Virus record (IMG/VR): IMGVR_UViG_3300047160_031539
Coordinates: 9,633 to 73,632 of that record
Source of the DNA: a virus
Lineage: Duplodnaviria; Caudoviricetes
Direction: 5' to 3' (one strand)
DNA length: 64,000 nt
In this document: positions 8,714 through 17,181 of the stretch, piece after piece
Layout of the letters: each line of letters starts with the position of its first letter
How positions within the stretch are numbered: the stretch's first letter is position 1
Made by a program: the position numbers and the translations under genes
The notes under the pieces: generated by a model
Told to the model about the DNA's origin: nothing
The model's database searches: none
Seen by the model: the letters and a program-made list of their open reading frames with translations, nothing else

Positions 8714-9901
8714 TCAGTCCTCCCAGATCTGCATGAACTCGCACAGGACGCCACAGACCTGCCGGGCGGCCGGGCACTTGGCCAGGTCCACCTGGGGCCG
8801 CCGGGCACGGGAGGCCAGGCTCCGGGCCGGCAGGAGCACCACGTCCTTACCCAGTTTCAAATCGAGGCCGCGGCGCAACACCTGGAAGGCCGCCTCCCAC
8901 CGCTGGGCCCGGCGGAGGGGGGACAGCTTCTTGCCATCGACCCCCTGGGTGGCCAGTCCCGCTTCCGAGACGGCCAGGAGGGTCGCGAAGGTCCGGTCTG
9001 GCCTGATCGGGTCGTCCTCCAGCAGGCCGGGGTCGGCCAGGAGGGCCTCCGGATCGGGCAGGTCGGCGTCGGCCAGCCACACGAGCCAGGCCCCCTGGCC
9101 GGCGTCCCCGGAGCCCTCCAGGGCCACGGAGGGCCCCAGGCAGCCCTGGGCCAGGGCCGGGTACAATTCGGGCCGCCGGGCGGCCCGGCAGGAAGCCAGG
9201 AGCCGCAGGGCCGACTCCCAGGTCCGGGGGGTGGCGTAGGCCGGAGGGGTCCTGCCCAGAACCTTGCCCACGTCCTCATGCAGGGCCGCGGGGAACGACC
9301 GGGTGAACGCCGCCCCGAGGGCCCGGGCGTTGGCGTACTCCTTCTCCCAGGCGACCGGGTCCAGGCGGACGGCCCCGTCCTGGCCGCCGTGGCCCATGAG
9401 CCAGGCCGACCAGGCGGCCGGCTCGGGGGACGGCCAGGCCATGTGGACGAACCGGTTGGCCAGGGCTGGCGCCAGGTCCCAGCCCCCCGCCGCCTGGTCC
9501 ACCGGGTTGGCCGCCGCACAGCGGCGGACGCAGGGGGGCAGCCGCTTTCCGGCGATCATGCCGTCCAGGGCCAAACCCATAATCGCCGGCTGCAGGGCCG
9601 GCGGGGTCGAGGAAACCTCATCCAGGAAGACCAGGGCGTCCCGGCCCTCCTCGACCATCCGGTAGGCCCAGGCGGGCATCGGGTAGTTGAGCACACTCTG
9701 GTCGGCGGAGGGGACCGGCACGACCCCGAAGGCCCCCTCGCCACGCTCGGCGGGGCGCAGCATCTCCACGGCCCAGCCGAGGTGCTCGGCCAGGTCGAGG
9801 ATGCGGCGGGTCTTCCCGATGCCAAAATCACCCCAAATCAGCGGCGGCAAACAGCCCGGCGTCTGTAGCACCAGGCTCAGACTCGCGATCTCGTCGGACA
9901 C
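8714..9901 (-). CDS. MoxR-like AAA+ ATPase
   Basis: WGDFGIGKT (Walker A), LVFLDEVS (Walker B), AAANP, ALANRF. GAGGAG RBS plus GTG. Confidence 0.88.
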   Translation of the reverse strand: MSDEIASLSLVLQTPGCLPPLIWGDFGIGKTRRILDLAEHLGWAVEMLRPAERGEGAFGVVPVPSADQSVLNYPMPAWAYRMVEEGRDALVFLDEVSSTPPALQPAIMGLALDGMIAGKRLPPCVRRCAAANPVDQAAGGWDLAPALANRFVHMAWPSPEPAAWSAWLMGHGGQDGAVRLDPVAWEKEYANARALGAAFTRSFPAALHEDVGKVLGRTPPAYATPRTWESALRLLASCRAARRPELYPALAQGCLGPSVALEGSGDAGQGAWLVWLADADLPDPEALLADPGLLEDDPIRPDRTFATLLAVSEAGLATQGVDGKKLSPLRRAQRWEAAFQVLRRGLDLKLGKDVVLLPARSLASRARRPQVDLAKCPAARQVCGVLCEFMQIWED

Positions 9902-9938
9902 GGATTTTCTCTCCTCTTCACGCAAAGGGCGACAGCAC

Positions 9939-9967
9939 ATTCTTTGCGCCGATGAAGAGAATGTCAA
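9939..9967 (-). promoter_or_regulatory. Sigma70-type promoter
   Basis: TTGACA (9967-9962), 17 nt, AAGAAT (9944-9939), 38 nt before the AAA start. Confidence 0.6.
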
Positions 9968-9983
9968 GGGCTGTCGCACGATC

Positions 9984-10007
9984 CAGGTGGCGCAATTGCG
10001 CCACCTG
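9984..10007. repeat. 24-bp palindrome, copy 3 (perfect)
   Basis: 4 nt after the HTH gene stop and 16 nt upstream of TTGACA. Confidence 0.95.
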
Positions 10008-10011
10008 CGCC

Positions 10012-10254
10012 TCAGCCGACGGCCGTCAGCGGGATGTGCGGGCGACCGACCGTCACCCCGGGGACGTGTTCGGGCAGGCGAAAGCCGACCAGGTCGCCGC
10101 GGCGGACCAGCCAGATCCGGCCGATTCGCGAGGCCGGCAGCAGCTTGCGGTGAATCCAGTAGCGGACCCGGTACTCCGGCACCCGGCACAGCCGGGCAAC
10201 GTCCGGCACCGAAAGCGGCTGGTCCGCGAAAATATTGTCTTGGTCCATGAACAC
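10012..10254 (-). CDS. Excisionase/MerR-like (HTH_17-type) DNA-binding protein
   Basis: LSVPDVARLCRVPEYRVRYWIHRKLLPASRIGRIWLVRRGDL. Confidence 0.82.
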   Translation of the reverse strand: MFMDQDNIFADQPLSVPDVARLCRVPEYRVRYWIHRKLLPASRIGRIWLVRRGDLVGFRLPEHVPGVTVGRPHIPLTAVG

Positions 10255-10264
10255 ATCCTACCCC

Positions 10265-10300
10265 AAAAAAGCCCGGCGGGGGAGGTCCTCCCCCGCCGGG
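10265..10300 (-). terminator. Intrinsic terminator
   Basis: 12-bp stem CCCGGCGGGGGA/TCCCCCGCCGGG (10272-10300) followed by C and TTTTTT on the minus strand. Confidence 0.8.
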
Positions 10301-10373
10301 TCGCGTCTATCCGGGCGTCCGCCGCTGGTCGCCCAATCAACGAGCGGTCCACCCGGACAGATTCCCGTGGACA

Positions 10374-11132
10374 CTACCGCCGACCCCGGATGACGGCAGC
10401 GGACCCGCCGGGGCCGACGACGGCCGCCGTGAACCGGCCCCGCCTGCCCTGGTTGAAGAAGACCGCCCCGCCCCCGCTCGACGCGGCGAACGTGCTGCGC
10501 CGGCCCCGGCCCGAGGAGAACACCGCCGCCCCGCCGCCGAACCCGCCGCCGAAACTCGTCCCGGCAACGAACCCGCCGCGGAAGCCGCCCCTCCGACCGG
10601 TGCTGAAGGAGCCGGCGAAGCCCGTGCCGCCGAAACCGCCGCGGCTGAAGCTCCGGAAAAAGGTGCGGTTGGTTGGGAAGAAGCCGCGGAAGCGGTTGTA
10701 GCCGTAGAAAAAGCCGCTGAAGCTGTTGTAGTAGAGCGGTACCGAGAAGCCGGACAGGTACGCCGAGTAGAGCGAGTAGCCCTGGGGGATGTCGTACTCC
10801 GGAGCGTAGGAGTAACTGGAGGGCGACTGGGAGTAGGTGTCCTCGGCGTAGGGCATGGACGGCGGCGGTGCCTGCTGCTGGTAGGACTGCTGATAGTTGT
10901 ACAACGGCTGATAGCGGAAGTTCGGCACGACGTTGAAGCTAAAAGTCTGCGGCACCACCAGGGAGGCAAAAATGGGGAAACTGCACGAGCAGTAGCCGTA
11001 GCCGTAGCTCGGGAACGAGTAGGACGACGGGAAGCCGTAGGACGAGCGGAAGCCGTAGTTGCAGGCCGCGGCCGGCGTGGGCGAGCATGCCAGGGCACAG
11101 GCCAGGAAGACGAAGAGGAGGAGTTTCTTCAT
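10374..11132 (-). CDS. Secreted low-complexity Tyr/Ser/Phe/Gly-rich protein
   Basis: Signal peptide MKKLLLFVFLACALACSPTPAAA, then YGF/SYS repeats and an RGG-rich tail. Confidence 0.7.
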   Translation of the reverse strand: MKKLLLFVFLACALACSPTPAAACNYGFRSSYGFPSSYSFPSYGYGYCSCSFPIFASLVVPQTFSFNVVPNFRYQPLYNYQQSYQQQAPPPSMPYAEDTYSQSPSSYSYAPEYDIPQGYSLYSAYLSGFSVPLYYNSFSGFFYGYNRFRGFFPTNRTFFRSFSRGGFGGTGFAGSFSTGRRGGFRGGFVAGTSFGGGFGGGAAVFSSGRGRRSTFAASSGGGAVFFNQGRRGRFTAAVVGPGGSAAVIRGRR

Positions 11133-11140
11133 GGCATACC

Positions 11141-11248
11141 TCACTTGAACATGAACAAGACCCAGCCGAAATAAATCACGGTCGCCGAGACCAGCATACT
11201 GCACACGGTGCATATTAGCACGCCGATGCAGTCCAGGTCTTTGTCCAC
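11141..11248 (-). CDS. Small membrane peptide (35 aa)
   Basis: GTG-DKDLDCIGVLICTVCSMLVSATVIYFGWVLFMFK-TGA fills the gap exactly; below the ORF-track cutoff. Confidence 0.5.
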   Translation of the reverse strand: MDKDLDCIGVLICTVCSMLVSATVIYFGWVLFMFK

Positions 11249-11253
11249 GTCGT

Positions 11254-11970
11254 TCACTTGGTCCTCTTGTCAATCCAGGCCGCCAAGTCGGCGTATTCGG
11301 CATCGGTGGGAGGCTGCTCCCTGGAGTAAGGCGGGGGCATGGCACCGGCAGCGTCGTGGGGGCGGCCTACGCGGTTCAGGATCTTGAGCATCTGCATGGC
11401 CGACAGGTCCCCGATGGCACCATCGGCCTTGAAGAGGGCGAACGTCGTCTCGTGCTCGGCGGTGTGCATCAGCTTGCCCTCCGTGTGGCAGGCCAGGCAC
11501 TTGTTGAGGACAGCGGGGGCACCGTCCGCCCTGGCTCTCGCCCCAGGGACGGCCGGCGGGGGCCCCCCGCTGTCCCTTGCTCCCCCGCCGTTGCCGCCAT
11601 TGCCATAGCCGGCTCGCTCCAGGGCCGCCAGGCGGGCCAGCACCTCCTCCAGCTTCTGCTCGCAGGACGTCTTGGCGGCCGGCGCCGGGGGTGCCGCCTG
11701 GGGGGCGGCGACCGTGGGGGCTACCCCCGTCGTGGCCACCGCCGTCGTCGGCACCGCCCCGGCCCCGTAGGCGGCGATGACCGATACCGGCGCCAGCACC
11801 GCGATCGGCGTCACGATCTCCTTCACCACAACCCGCTCGACCACCGGATAATACGGGGTGTAGTACGAATAGCTCGGGTAGTAGTAGCTGCTGCGGTAGC
11901 ACCCCCCCGCGGTGAGGCGGGGGCAGGCCACCAGGCAGCCGAGCAGGGCGAACGGCAGCAGGATCTTCAT
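11254..11970 (-). CDS. Exported monoheme c-type cytochrome-like protein
   Basis: Signal peptide MKILLPFALLGCLVA; CxxCH (KCLACH) and a downstream AMPP candidate Met ligand. Confidence 0.72.
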   Translation of the reverse strand: MKILLPFALLGCLVACPRLTAGGCYRSSYYYPSYSYYTPYYPVVERVVVKEIVTPIAVLAPVSVIAAYGAGAVPTTAVATTGVAPTVAAPQAAPPAPAAKTSCEQKLEEVLARLAALERAGYGNGGNGGGARDSGGPPPAVPGARARADGAPAVLNKCLACHTEGKLMHTAEHETTFALFKADGAIGDLSAMQMLKILNRVGRPHDAAGAMPPPYSREQPPTDAEYADLAAWIDKRTK

Positions 11971-12149
11971 GGCTTGGGGCCTTTCTCCTTGGGCTGGGCC
12001 TGGAGCAGGCCGCAGCAGTAGCCGGTGCCGAATGACGTGATGGCCACGATCCAGGTGTAAACCTGCCCCTGCACCTGCGGCAGGCTGGTGACGTACAGCA
12101 GGAAGCCGAGCCCACCGGCGAACAACAACAGTGCGTAGAGGTGGTTCAC
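11967..12149 (-). CDS. Small two-TM membrane protein (holin-like topology)
   Basis: Two hydrophobic segments and a charged C-terminus (QPKEKGPKP). Confidence 0.6.
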   Translation of the reverse strand: MNHLYALLLFAGGLGFLLYVTSLPQVQGQVYTWIVAITSFGTGYCCGLLQAQPKEKGPKP

Positions 12150-12158
12150 GGCAGCCCC

Positions 12159-13844
12159 TCATGGGTTGGGGAACGCCCCCCGTAAGTGTACCTCAACCAG
12201 GGCGTACAGTTCCTCGTGGTGGACACGCTCCAGCGTGTCCGGTGGGTCGGCGACCAGCCCCGCCAGGCCGGGGTTCAGCACCTGGGTGGTGTTGCGGATC
12301 GCCAGCAGCGACCTGGTGAGCTTCTCCGGCGTCGTGTAGTGCTCCCGGGCCACGTCTTCCAGGGCCAGGGAGGTCTCCACGTAGTCGTTGTAGGCGTCGA
12401 GGTACGCCTTCATGATCCTGCCGGTCTCCGCCCGCAGTTGCCTGTCGTCGGCGTTCTCCAGGCCGGCACCGGAGAGCCGGGCGTAGGCCTGCCAGTAGGC
12501 CCGGCGGTCGTTGCGCAGGTGCAGATCCAGGTTGCTGAAGTATTGCCTCGCGAAGTCCAATTGCTGGTCCTTGTCCGCCGCGGCGTTCAGCAACTGCGGC
12601 AGCCTAAAAGTGCGGCGGGCCCAGTCGTTGATGGGCTTCAAAACGTCCTGGTAGTGGCAGTCCTTGCACGACTTGTTCACGTGAATCCGGAAGTCGCGGC
12701 CGAGGCGGAAGGGAGAGTCGTCGCCGCCGATAAAATCCGGGGCGGTAGCTTGCAGGGTACCGTCGGCCTGGCACAGGATGTTCACCTCCAGGCCGTTGGG
12801 AAGAAAGCCGTAATGCTCCTCGGCCTTATGCTTGTAGTCCCCTTTTTTTAGCTGCACCGTGGCGTTGCCTCTGCCCGTGGGGTCGTCCACGTCCAGGGTG
12901 TACCACTCGCCCCCGGTCAAAGCCTGGTCCCGCTCGATCTGGCGGTTCTGCTGGCTGACCCCCGACCGCTTGACCACCGCCCGCACCTCCCGGCCGATGT
13001 CGATCGAGTCCTTCTCGCTGAACTTGATGAGCTTGAAGTAATCGTCTCTCTTCTTGATCCCCAACCAGTCGTAATAGCCCACCCCCGTCTGCTGATTGCT
13101 GAGGGACAGCTGGCGGGCCCCTTGCACCAGGAACCAGTCAGCCCGGACGAAGGGGGCGGCACTCTTCGTCATGGCCAGCAATTGGCCGATCTGGGTGAGG
13201 GCGAGGGCCTTGTAGAACGCCTCCGGGTCCTTCAGGTTCTTGATGACGGTGGCGTGCTCCTCGTCACTGAGCAAGACGAAGCTAGCCGAGCGGATCTTCT
13301 GGGAGACCACCTTCTTCGAGACTTTTTTGACCTCACCGGTCTCGTAGTTGCCGGGGGCGTAATACTTGCCGTCCTTGGGATCGATGCCCCCTCCCCACTT
13401 CTCGATCACCTTCTCCTCAACCAGCTTGTACTCGGCCTTTTCCTGCGTCACGTGGTAATAAGGGTCCGCGTCGGCCAGCAGCTCGCGGACCTTCGCGTCC
13501 CACTTGGGGTCGCGGATGTCGATTCGCAGCACGTCGGGGCTGACGACCGTCGGGCGGATGAACTCGCTGTACCGGGAGATGGCGTTCACGTGCAGGGCAA
13601 TGGCCGTCAGGAAAGCCTGCCACTTGGCGTCCGTCATGCCGTTGCGGTAGAGGAACAGTTGGTACGGCCAGTCGGCGGCGGCCATTGTCGTTTTGAGGTG
13701 ATCGACGCACTGGCCCACCGCCACCGGGGGCAGGACCCCCGTGGCCGCCTTCTTTGCCTCCTGTGCCGCCACATACGTCATGAGCAGCCCGTACAGGACG
13801 ATGGCAGACAATGCGAGGGTTCGCACGAGCTGCCTCTCGGTCAA
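12159..13844 (-). CDS. Large exported protein with a CxxCH heme-binding motif
   Basis: N-terminal hydrophobic signal/anchor; GTLQATAPDFIGGD...IHVNKSCKDCHY. Confidence 0.68.
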   Translation of the reverse strand: MTERQLVRTLALSAIVLYGLLMTYVAAQEAKKAATGVLPPVAVGQCVDHLKTTMAAADWPYQLFLYRNGMTDAKWQAFLTAIALHVNAISRYSEFIRPTVVSPDVLRIDIRDPKWDAKVRELLADADPYYHVTQEKAEYKLVEEKVIEKWGGGIDPKDGKYYAPGNYETGEVKKVSKKVVSQKIRSASFVLLSDEEHATVIKNLKDPEAFYKALALTQIGQLLAMTKSAAPFVRADWFLVQGARQLSLSNQQTGVGYYDWLGIKKRDDYFKLIKFSEKDSIDIGREVRAVVKRSGVSQQNRQIERDQALTGGEWYTLDVDDPTGRGNATVQLKKGDYKHKAEEHYGFLPNGLEVNILCQADGTLQATAPDFIGGDDSPFRLGRDFRIHVNKSCKDCHYQDVLKPINDWARRTFRLPQLLNAAADKDQQLDFARQYFSNLDLHLRNDRRAYWQAYARLSGAGLENADDRQLRAETGRIMKAYLDAYNDYVETSLALEDVAREHYTTPEKLTRSLLAIRNTTQVLNPGLAGLVADPPDTLERVHHEELYALVEVHLRGAFPNP

Positions 13845-13869
13845 GACTGGCGTACAAAACTGCCCTCAA

Positions 13870-14868
13870 TTATTCCGAAGGGACGGGCGGGGCGGCAAGG
13901 CAGGACAGCAGGTCGGCCTCCACGGCGGCCGGCTCGGGCGGCTCCCCGTAGGGCTTCTGGACGTAGACGCGGCCGGCGGCGTGGGCCCAGAGGGCCGCGT
14001 CGGCCAGGGACAAGCCGTGAGACAGGCCCAGGAGCAGGTGGGCCGCGAAACAGTCGCCGGCCCCGACGTGGTTAGCCTGCCGGACAGGGGGCCACCGCAG
14101 CGAAGGGTCGGGCGGCAGGGGCCTGCTGACGGTCCCCTCAAACCCCGGGAGGAAGACCAGGGGCGGCATGGGCCCACAGGTCACGACGGTACACTGCCAG
14201 GCGATCGAGGGGTGGTGACCGGCGTACTCGGCGTTGCACTTGAGCACCGCACCCCGGGCGCACCCCGGCGGCAGCCGCAGGTCAGCCACCACCCGGATGC
14301 CCCGGGACACACAAGCCCGCACCAGGCCGTGGACGGTCGGGCCGTCCAGGAAGCCCTTGCCGTAATCGGAGATCAACAGGCCATGCCAGTCCTGCTCCCG
14401 GACGAGCCGCAGGGCCTGCTCGCGACAGGTGGCCGTCTCCGACGCGGACAGGCCGTGGCAGGCGGGCTCCTTGTCCACGCGGTAGGCGATCCGGCCGTCG
14501 GGCTTCACGTAGCGGTACTTGACCGGGTTGGCCGGGCACTCGAAACAGAGGTCGGTACAGACGCCGGTGGTGAAACAGCGGTCGAGCTTGCGGGACAGGG
14601 GGGCCACCAGGCTCACCTCGCAGCCCCAGTTGCCCAGTTGGCTGGCGGCCCCGGCAGCCCCGCCCGGCCGGAGGTACTCCTGGCCGGTCACGAAACAGCC
14701 ACAGTCGTCCTGGCAGGCCCGGGGCTGGCCCGTGACCCACACGTCCACGATCGGGTCGCCGATCACACAGATCCGTTTGGGGAAGGCCCGGTCGAGGACG
14801 ACAAGGCTTGGGCGTACTTTTCCCAAAGATCCCCGATGATCTTCTGGCTGCACCGCTTCACTGTCCAT
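13870..14868 (-). CDS. PfkB-family sugar kinase, HldE/RfaE (heptose-7-phosphate kinase)-like
   Basis: ICVIGDPIVDVWVTG, PGGAAGAASQL, LLISDYGKGFL, VGAGDCFAA. GGAGG RBS. Confidence 0.85.
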   Translation of the reverse strand: MDSEAVQPEDHRGSLGKVRPSLVVLDRAFPKRICVIGDPIVDVWVTGQPRACQDDCGCFVTGQEYLRPGGAAGAASQLGNWGCEVSLVAPLSRKLDRCFTTGVCTDLCFECPANPVKYRYVKPDGRIAYRVDKEPACHGLSASETATCREQALRLVREQDWHGLLISDYGKGFLDGPTVHGLVRACVSRGIRVVADLRLPPGCARGAVLKCNAEYAGHHPSIAWQCTVVTCGPMPPLVFLPGFEGTVSRPLPPDPSLRWPPVRQANHVGAGDCFAAHLLLGLSHGLSLADAALWAHAAGRVYVQKPYGEPPEPAAVEADLLSCLAAPPVPSE

Positions 14869-15023
14869 GACACCCTCCCCAGGGGACTCGGCCCGAAAAA
14901 CGCCTCCGCCACGGACGGGCTGCCCGCGACCGCTTCCAGCCGCCGGCACGCCCCGTGCGGCGTCCGCTTGCCACGCCCCCGCTTCCGCCCACACAGGGGG
15001 CACAGGTTAGGGCCGCGAGCCAT
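14763..15023 (-). CDS. Hypothetical protein with a CxxC motif
   Basis: MARGPNLCPLCGRKR; overlaps the kinase gene by about 100 nt, so uncertain. Confidence 0.35.
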   Translation of the reverse strand: MARGPNLCPLCGRKRGRGKRTPHGACRRLEAVAGSPSVAEAFFGPSPLGRVSWTVKRCSQKIIGDLWEKYAQALSSSTGPSPNGSV

Positions 15024-15685
15024 CACGACCCCCCGCCGCGAATTTCAGGTGGCGCAATTGCGCCACCTGAAGAAGTCGTCCAGAACGCCACGTTGCGCAT
15101 GAGCCCGTGCCCCGACAGGTTGCCCTCGTACCAGACCTCCCGGGCCACGACGGCATGACCCCCGCGGCCGACCGCGGCCAGCAGCCGATCCTCGGTGACG
15201 TAGCAGTGGGGGTAGTCCCTGCCGTCATCGAGATCCTCGTCGAGGATCTGCACGTCGAAGGCAGCGTTTTCGCCCCTGGCCAACAAGTCGGCCAGGTGCT
15301 CGTCCAGGCCCTCCAGCGGGACGTGCTTGAGACAGGAGAAGCTCACGACCAGGTCGTGCGTGGCCCCGTCCCACGGCACGCCCGCGTCCGTGAAGGAGGC
15401 CCGCTCGAGGGGGAAGTCCAGGAACCTCTCCCGGGCCATCCGCAAGAGTGCCAGGGACGCCTCAACGCCGCTGTAGGTCAGGGAGGGGTGATTGAGGACC
15501 AGCGTCCGGGCCAGCAGACCCGAATGACAGCCCAGCTCCAGGACAGTACGGATGCCGGCCCGCGTGATCCTCGGCCCGACGAACGCGGCGGCCTGCAGGT
15601 ACTCGCGGTTGAGCAGCCAGCCGACCTCCTCGTCGGTGGCGTGACTGCCCTCGTCGAACCACTCGCCGATCGTCTTTTTGCTCAC
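15023..15685 (-). CDS. Class I SAM-dependent methyltransferase
   Basis: VLELGCHSG, YSGVEAS, HDLVVSFSCLKHVP. Confidence 0.8.
   Translation of the reverse strand: MSKKTIGEWFDEGSHATDEEVGWLLNREYLQAAAFVGPRITRAGIRTVLELGCHSGLLARTLVLNHPSLTYSGVEASLALLRMARERFLDFPLERASFTDAGVPWDGATHDLVVSFSCLKHVPLEGLDEHLADLLARGENAAFDVQILDEDLDDGRDYPHCYVTEDRLLAAVGRGGHAVVAREVWYEGNLSGHGLMRNVAFWTTSSGGAIAPPEIRGGGS
15046..15069. repeat. 24-bp palindrome, copy 4 (perfect)
   Basis: Within the last codons of the methyltransferase (GGAIAPP). Confidence 0.95.
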
Positions 15686-16854
15686 GCCTGGACCACCTCC
15701 AGCCGGGGCAACGCGAAGGCGATCTCGCCGCGGAAACCCGCCGAGCGTTCCCTCAGAATCAACTCGTCCCGGAAGTGGCCCAGGACGGTCAGGTACACGT
15801 CGGGCTCCAGGGCACGGGAGTCTTTCTCGGTCAGGATGGGAATGTTCGTCCCCGGGCAGCGGCGGCCGGCCTTCCGCGGGTCGCGGTCGCTGGCATACTC
15901 GACCAGACCCGGGTCCACGTCGGCGAACTGCAGGACGGTGTTGGCTTTCGAGCTGGCCCCCAGGAGGTGGACCCGCTTGCCCGCCCTGCTACAGCCCACG
16001 AGATACCTCAACAGTTCCCTGCGGTGCTGGCGGACCTGGGAGGCGAACCCCACCAGGTTGTAGTCAAGGCCCGGCGGCGGCACCCCCTGCCCACGCCTGC
16101 CGTAAACCCGGAGCGAGCCGCCGTTAGAGTCGTTGACGCTCGAAGAGACCGCCCGCATCCCGGCCAGGTCCAGACAAAAAGCCAGGCTCGGCAGGTCGTA
16201 GTAGCACAGGTGCTCGTGCAGGATGGAGTCGTAAGACAGGTTGGCGATCATCGCCGCCAGGTCGGCCACCTCCACGCACCAGATGCCCTCGGGGGTCAGG
16301 CAGTCCCGGACGGCCGAGGCGAACTTCACCGGGTCGTCGGCGTCGTAGAGGCAGGCCACCGTGTAGACCAGGTCGAAGGAGGGCCACTCCTTCGGCAGGG
16401 CGGCGGGGAAAAAACCCCGGACGCGGTTGACGGTCGGCGGGCACTCCACGTCGGCCGGGTCGATGCCGTAGCGGCCGCGGGCACAGGCCGGCGTGTGGGC
16501 CAGGAGCGTGCCGTCGTTGCAGCCCACGTCCAGCACCTTGCGGGCCGCCAGCGGGTCATCGGCGGTCAGGCCCCACGCCTCCCCGGCCAGGTTGCGGAGG
16601 TGCTGGTGCATCGTGGCACTGATGCCCGAGCGGTAGTAGTAGGAGCGGAACTGAAGCTCCGGATCGACCGTGTGGCGGAGTTGCACCAGGTTGCACCCCG
16701 GGCACTGGCACAGGACCAGTGGGTAGGACGGCGGGTCGGGCTCGCCGGGCCCGGGGAACTGGCCGGCCAGCCGGTGGCGGCCGAGGTCCAACACGTCCTC
16801 CAGGCCGTCGGTGCCGCACAGACGGCAGGCGTCGGCCCGCTCGCAATCGGCCAT
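15682..16854 (-). CDS. NDP-hexose C-methyltransferase family protein (Zn-binding, SAM and C-terminal domains)
   Basis: CRLCG...VLDLG...PLVLCQC..CNLVQL, VLDVGCNDGTLL, ILHEHLCYY, LGASSKANTVLQF. Confidence 0.88.
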   Translation of the reverse strand: MADCERADACRLCGTDGLEDVLDLGRHRLAGQFPGPGEPDPPSYPLVLCQCPGCNLVQLRHTVDPELQFRSYYYRSGISATMHQHLRNLAGEAWGLTADDPLAARKVLDVGCNDGTLLAHTPACARGRYGIDPADVECPPTVNRVRGFFPAALPKEWPSFDLVYTVACLYDADDPVKFASAVRDCLTPEGIWCVEVADLAAMIANLSYDSILHEHLCYYDLPSLAFCLDLAGMRAVSSSVNDSNGGSLRVYGRRGQGVPPPGLDYNLVGFASQVRQHRRELLRYLVGCSRAGKRVHLLGASSKANTVLQFADVDPGLVEYASDRDPRKAGRRCPGTNIPILTEKDSRALEPDVYLTVLGHFRDELILRERSAGFRGEIAFALPRLEVVQA

Positions 16855-16867
16855 CGTCACGCACCCC

Positions 16868-17180
16868 CTACTTGGCCTTGGGGATCGGCTTGTTGGCGAA
16901 ATACTGCAGCTTGGTCTTCTTGCCGGCACGGAAGGCGTTCCAGGCCGTGATCGACTTGGCGTACTGGACCCGGAAGGCCGACTCGGCCTTCTCCTTGCGG
17001 TCCTTGATGTCGCCCGATGCAGGGGCGGAACTCGCCGGCGGCCAGGATGCGGCGGTAGACCATGAGCCGCCGCTCCTTGATGCCCCGGTCGCCCGGGACC
17101 GGGTCCATCTCCACGAACTCCCGAACCAGTGCCAGGGTCACGCGGACGGTCTTGGGCTTCTCCACATAACGGCGGGCCAT
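16868..17180 (-). pseudogene. Probable internally deleted and frameshifted gene remnant (ParB/DNA-binding-like)
   Basis: The N-terminal frame (MARRYVEKP...RRILAAGEFRP) and a different C-terminal frame (...SITAWNAFRAGKKTKLQYFANKPIPKAK-TAG 16868) both look protein-like and meet near 17020. Confidence 0.45.
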
Positions 17181-17181
17181 C

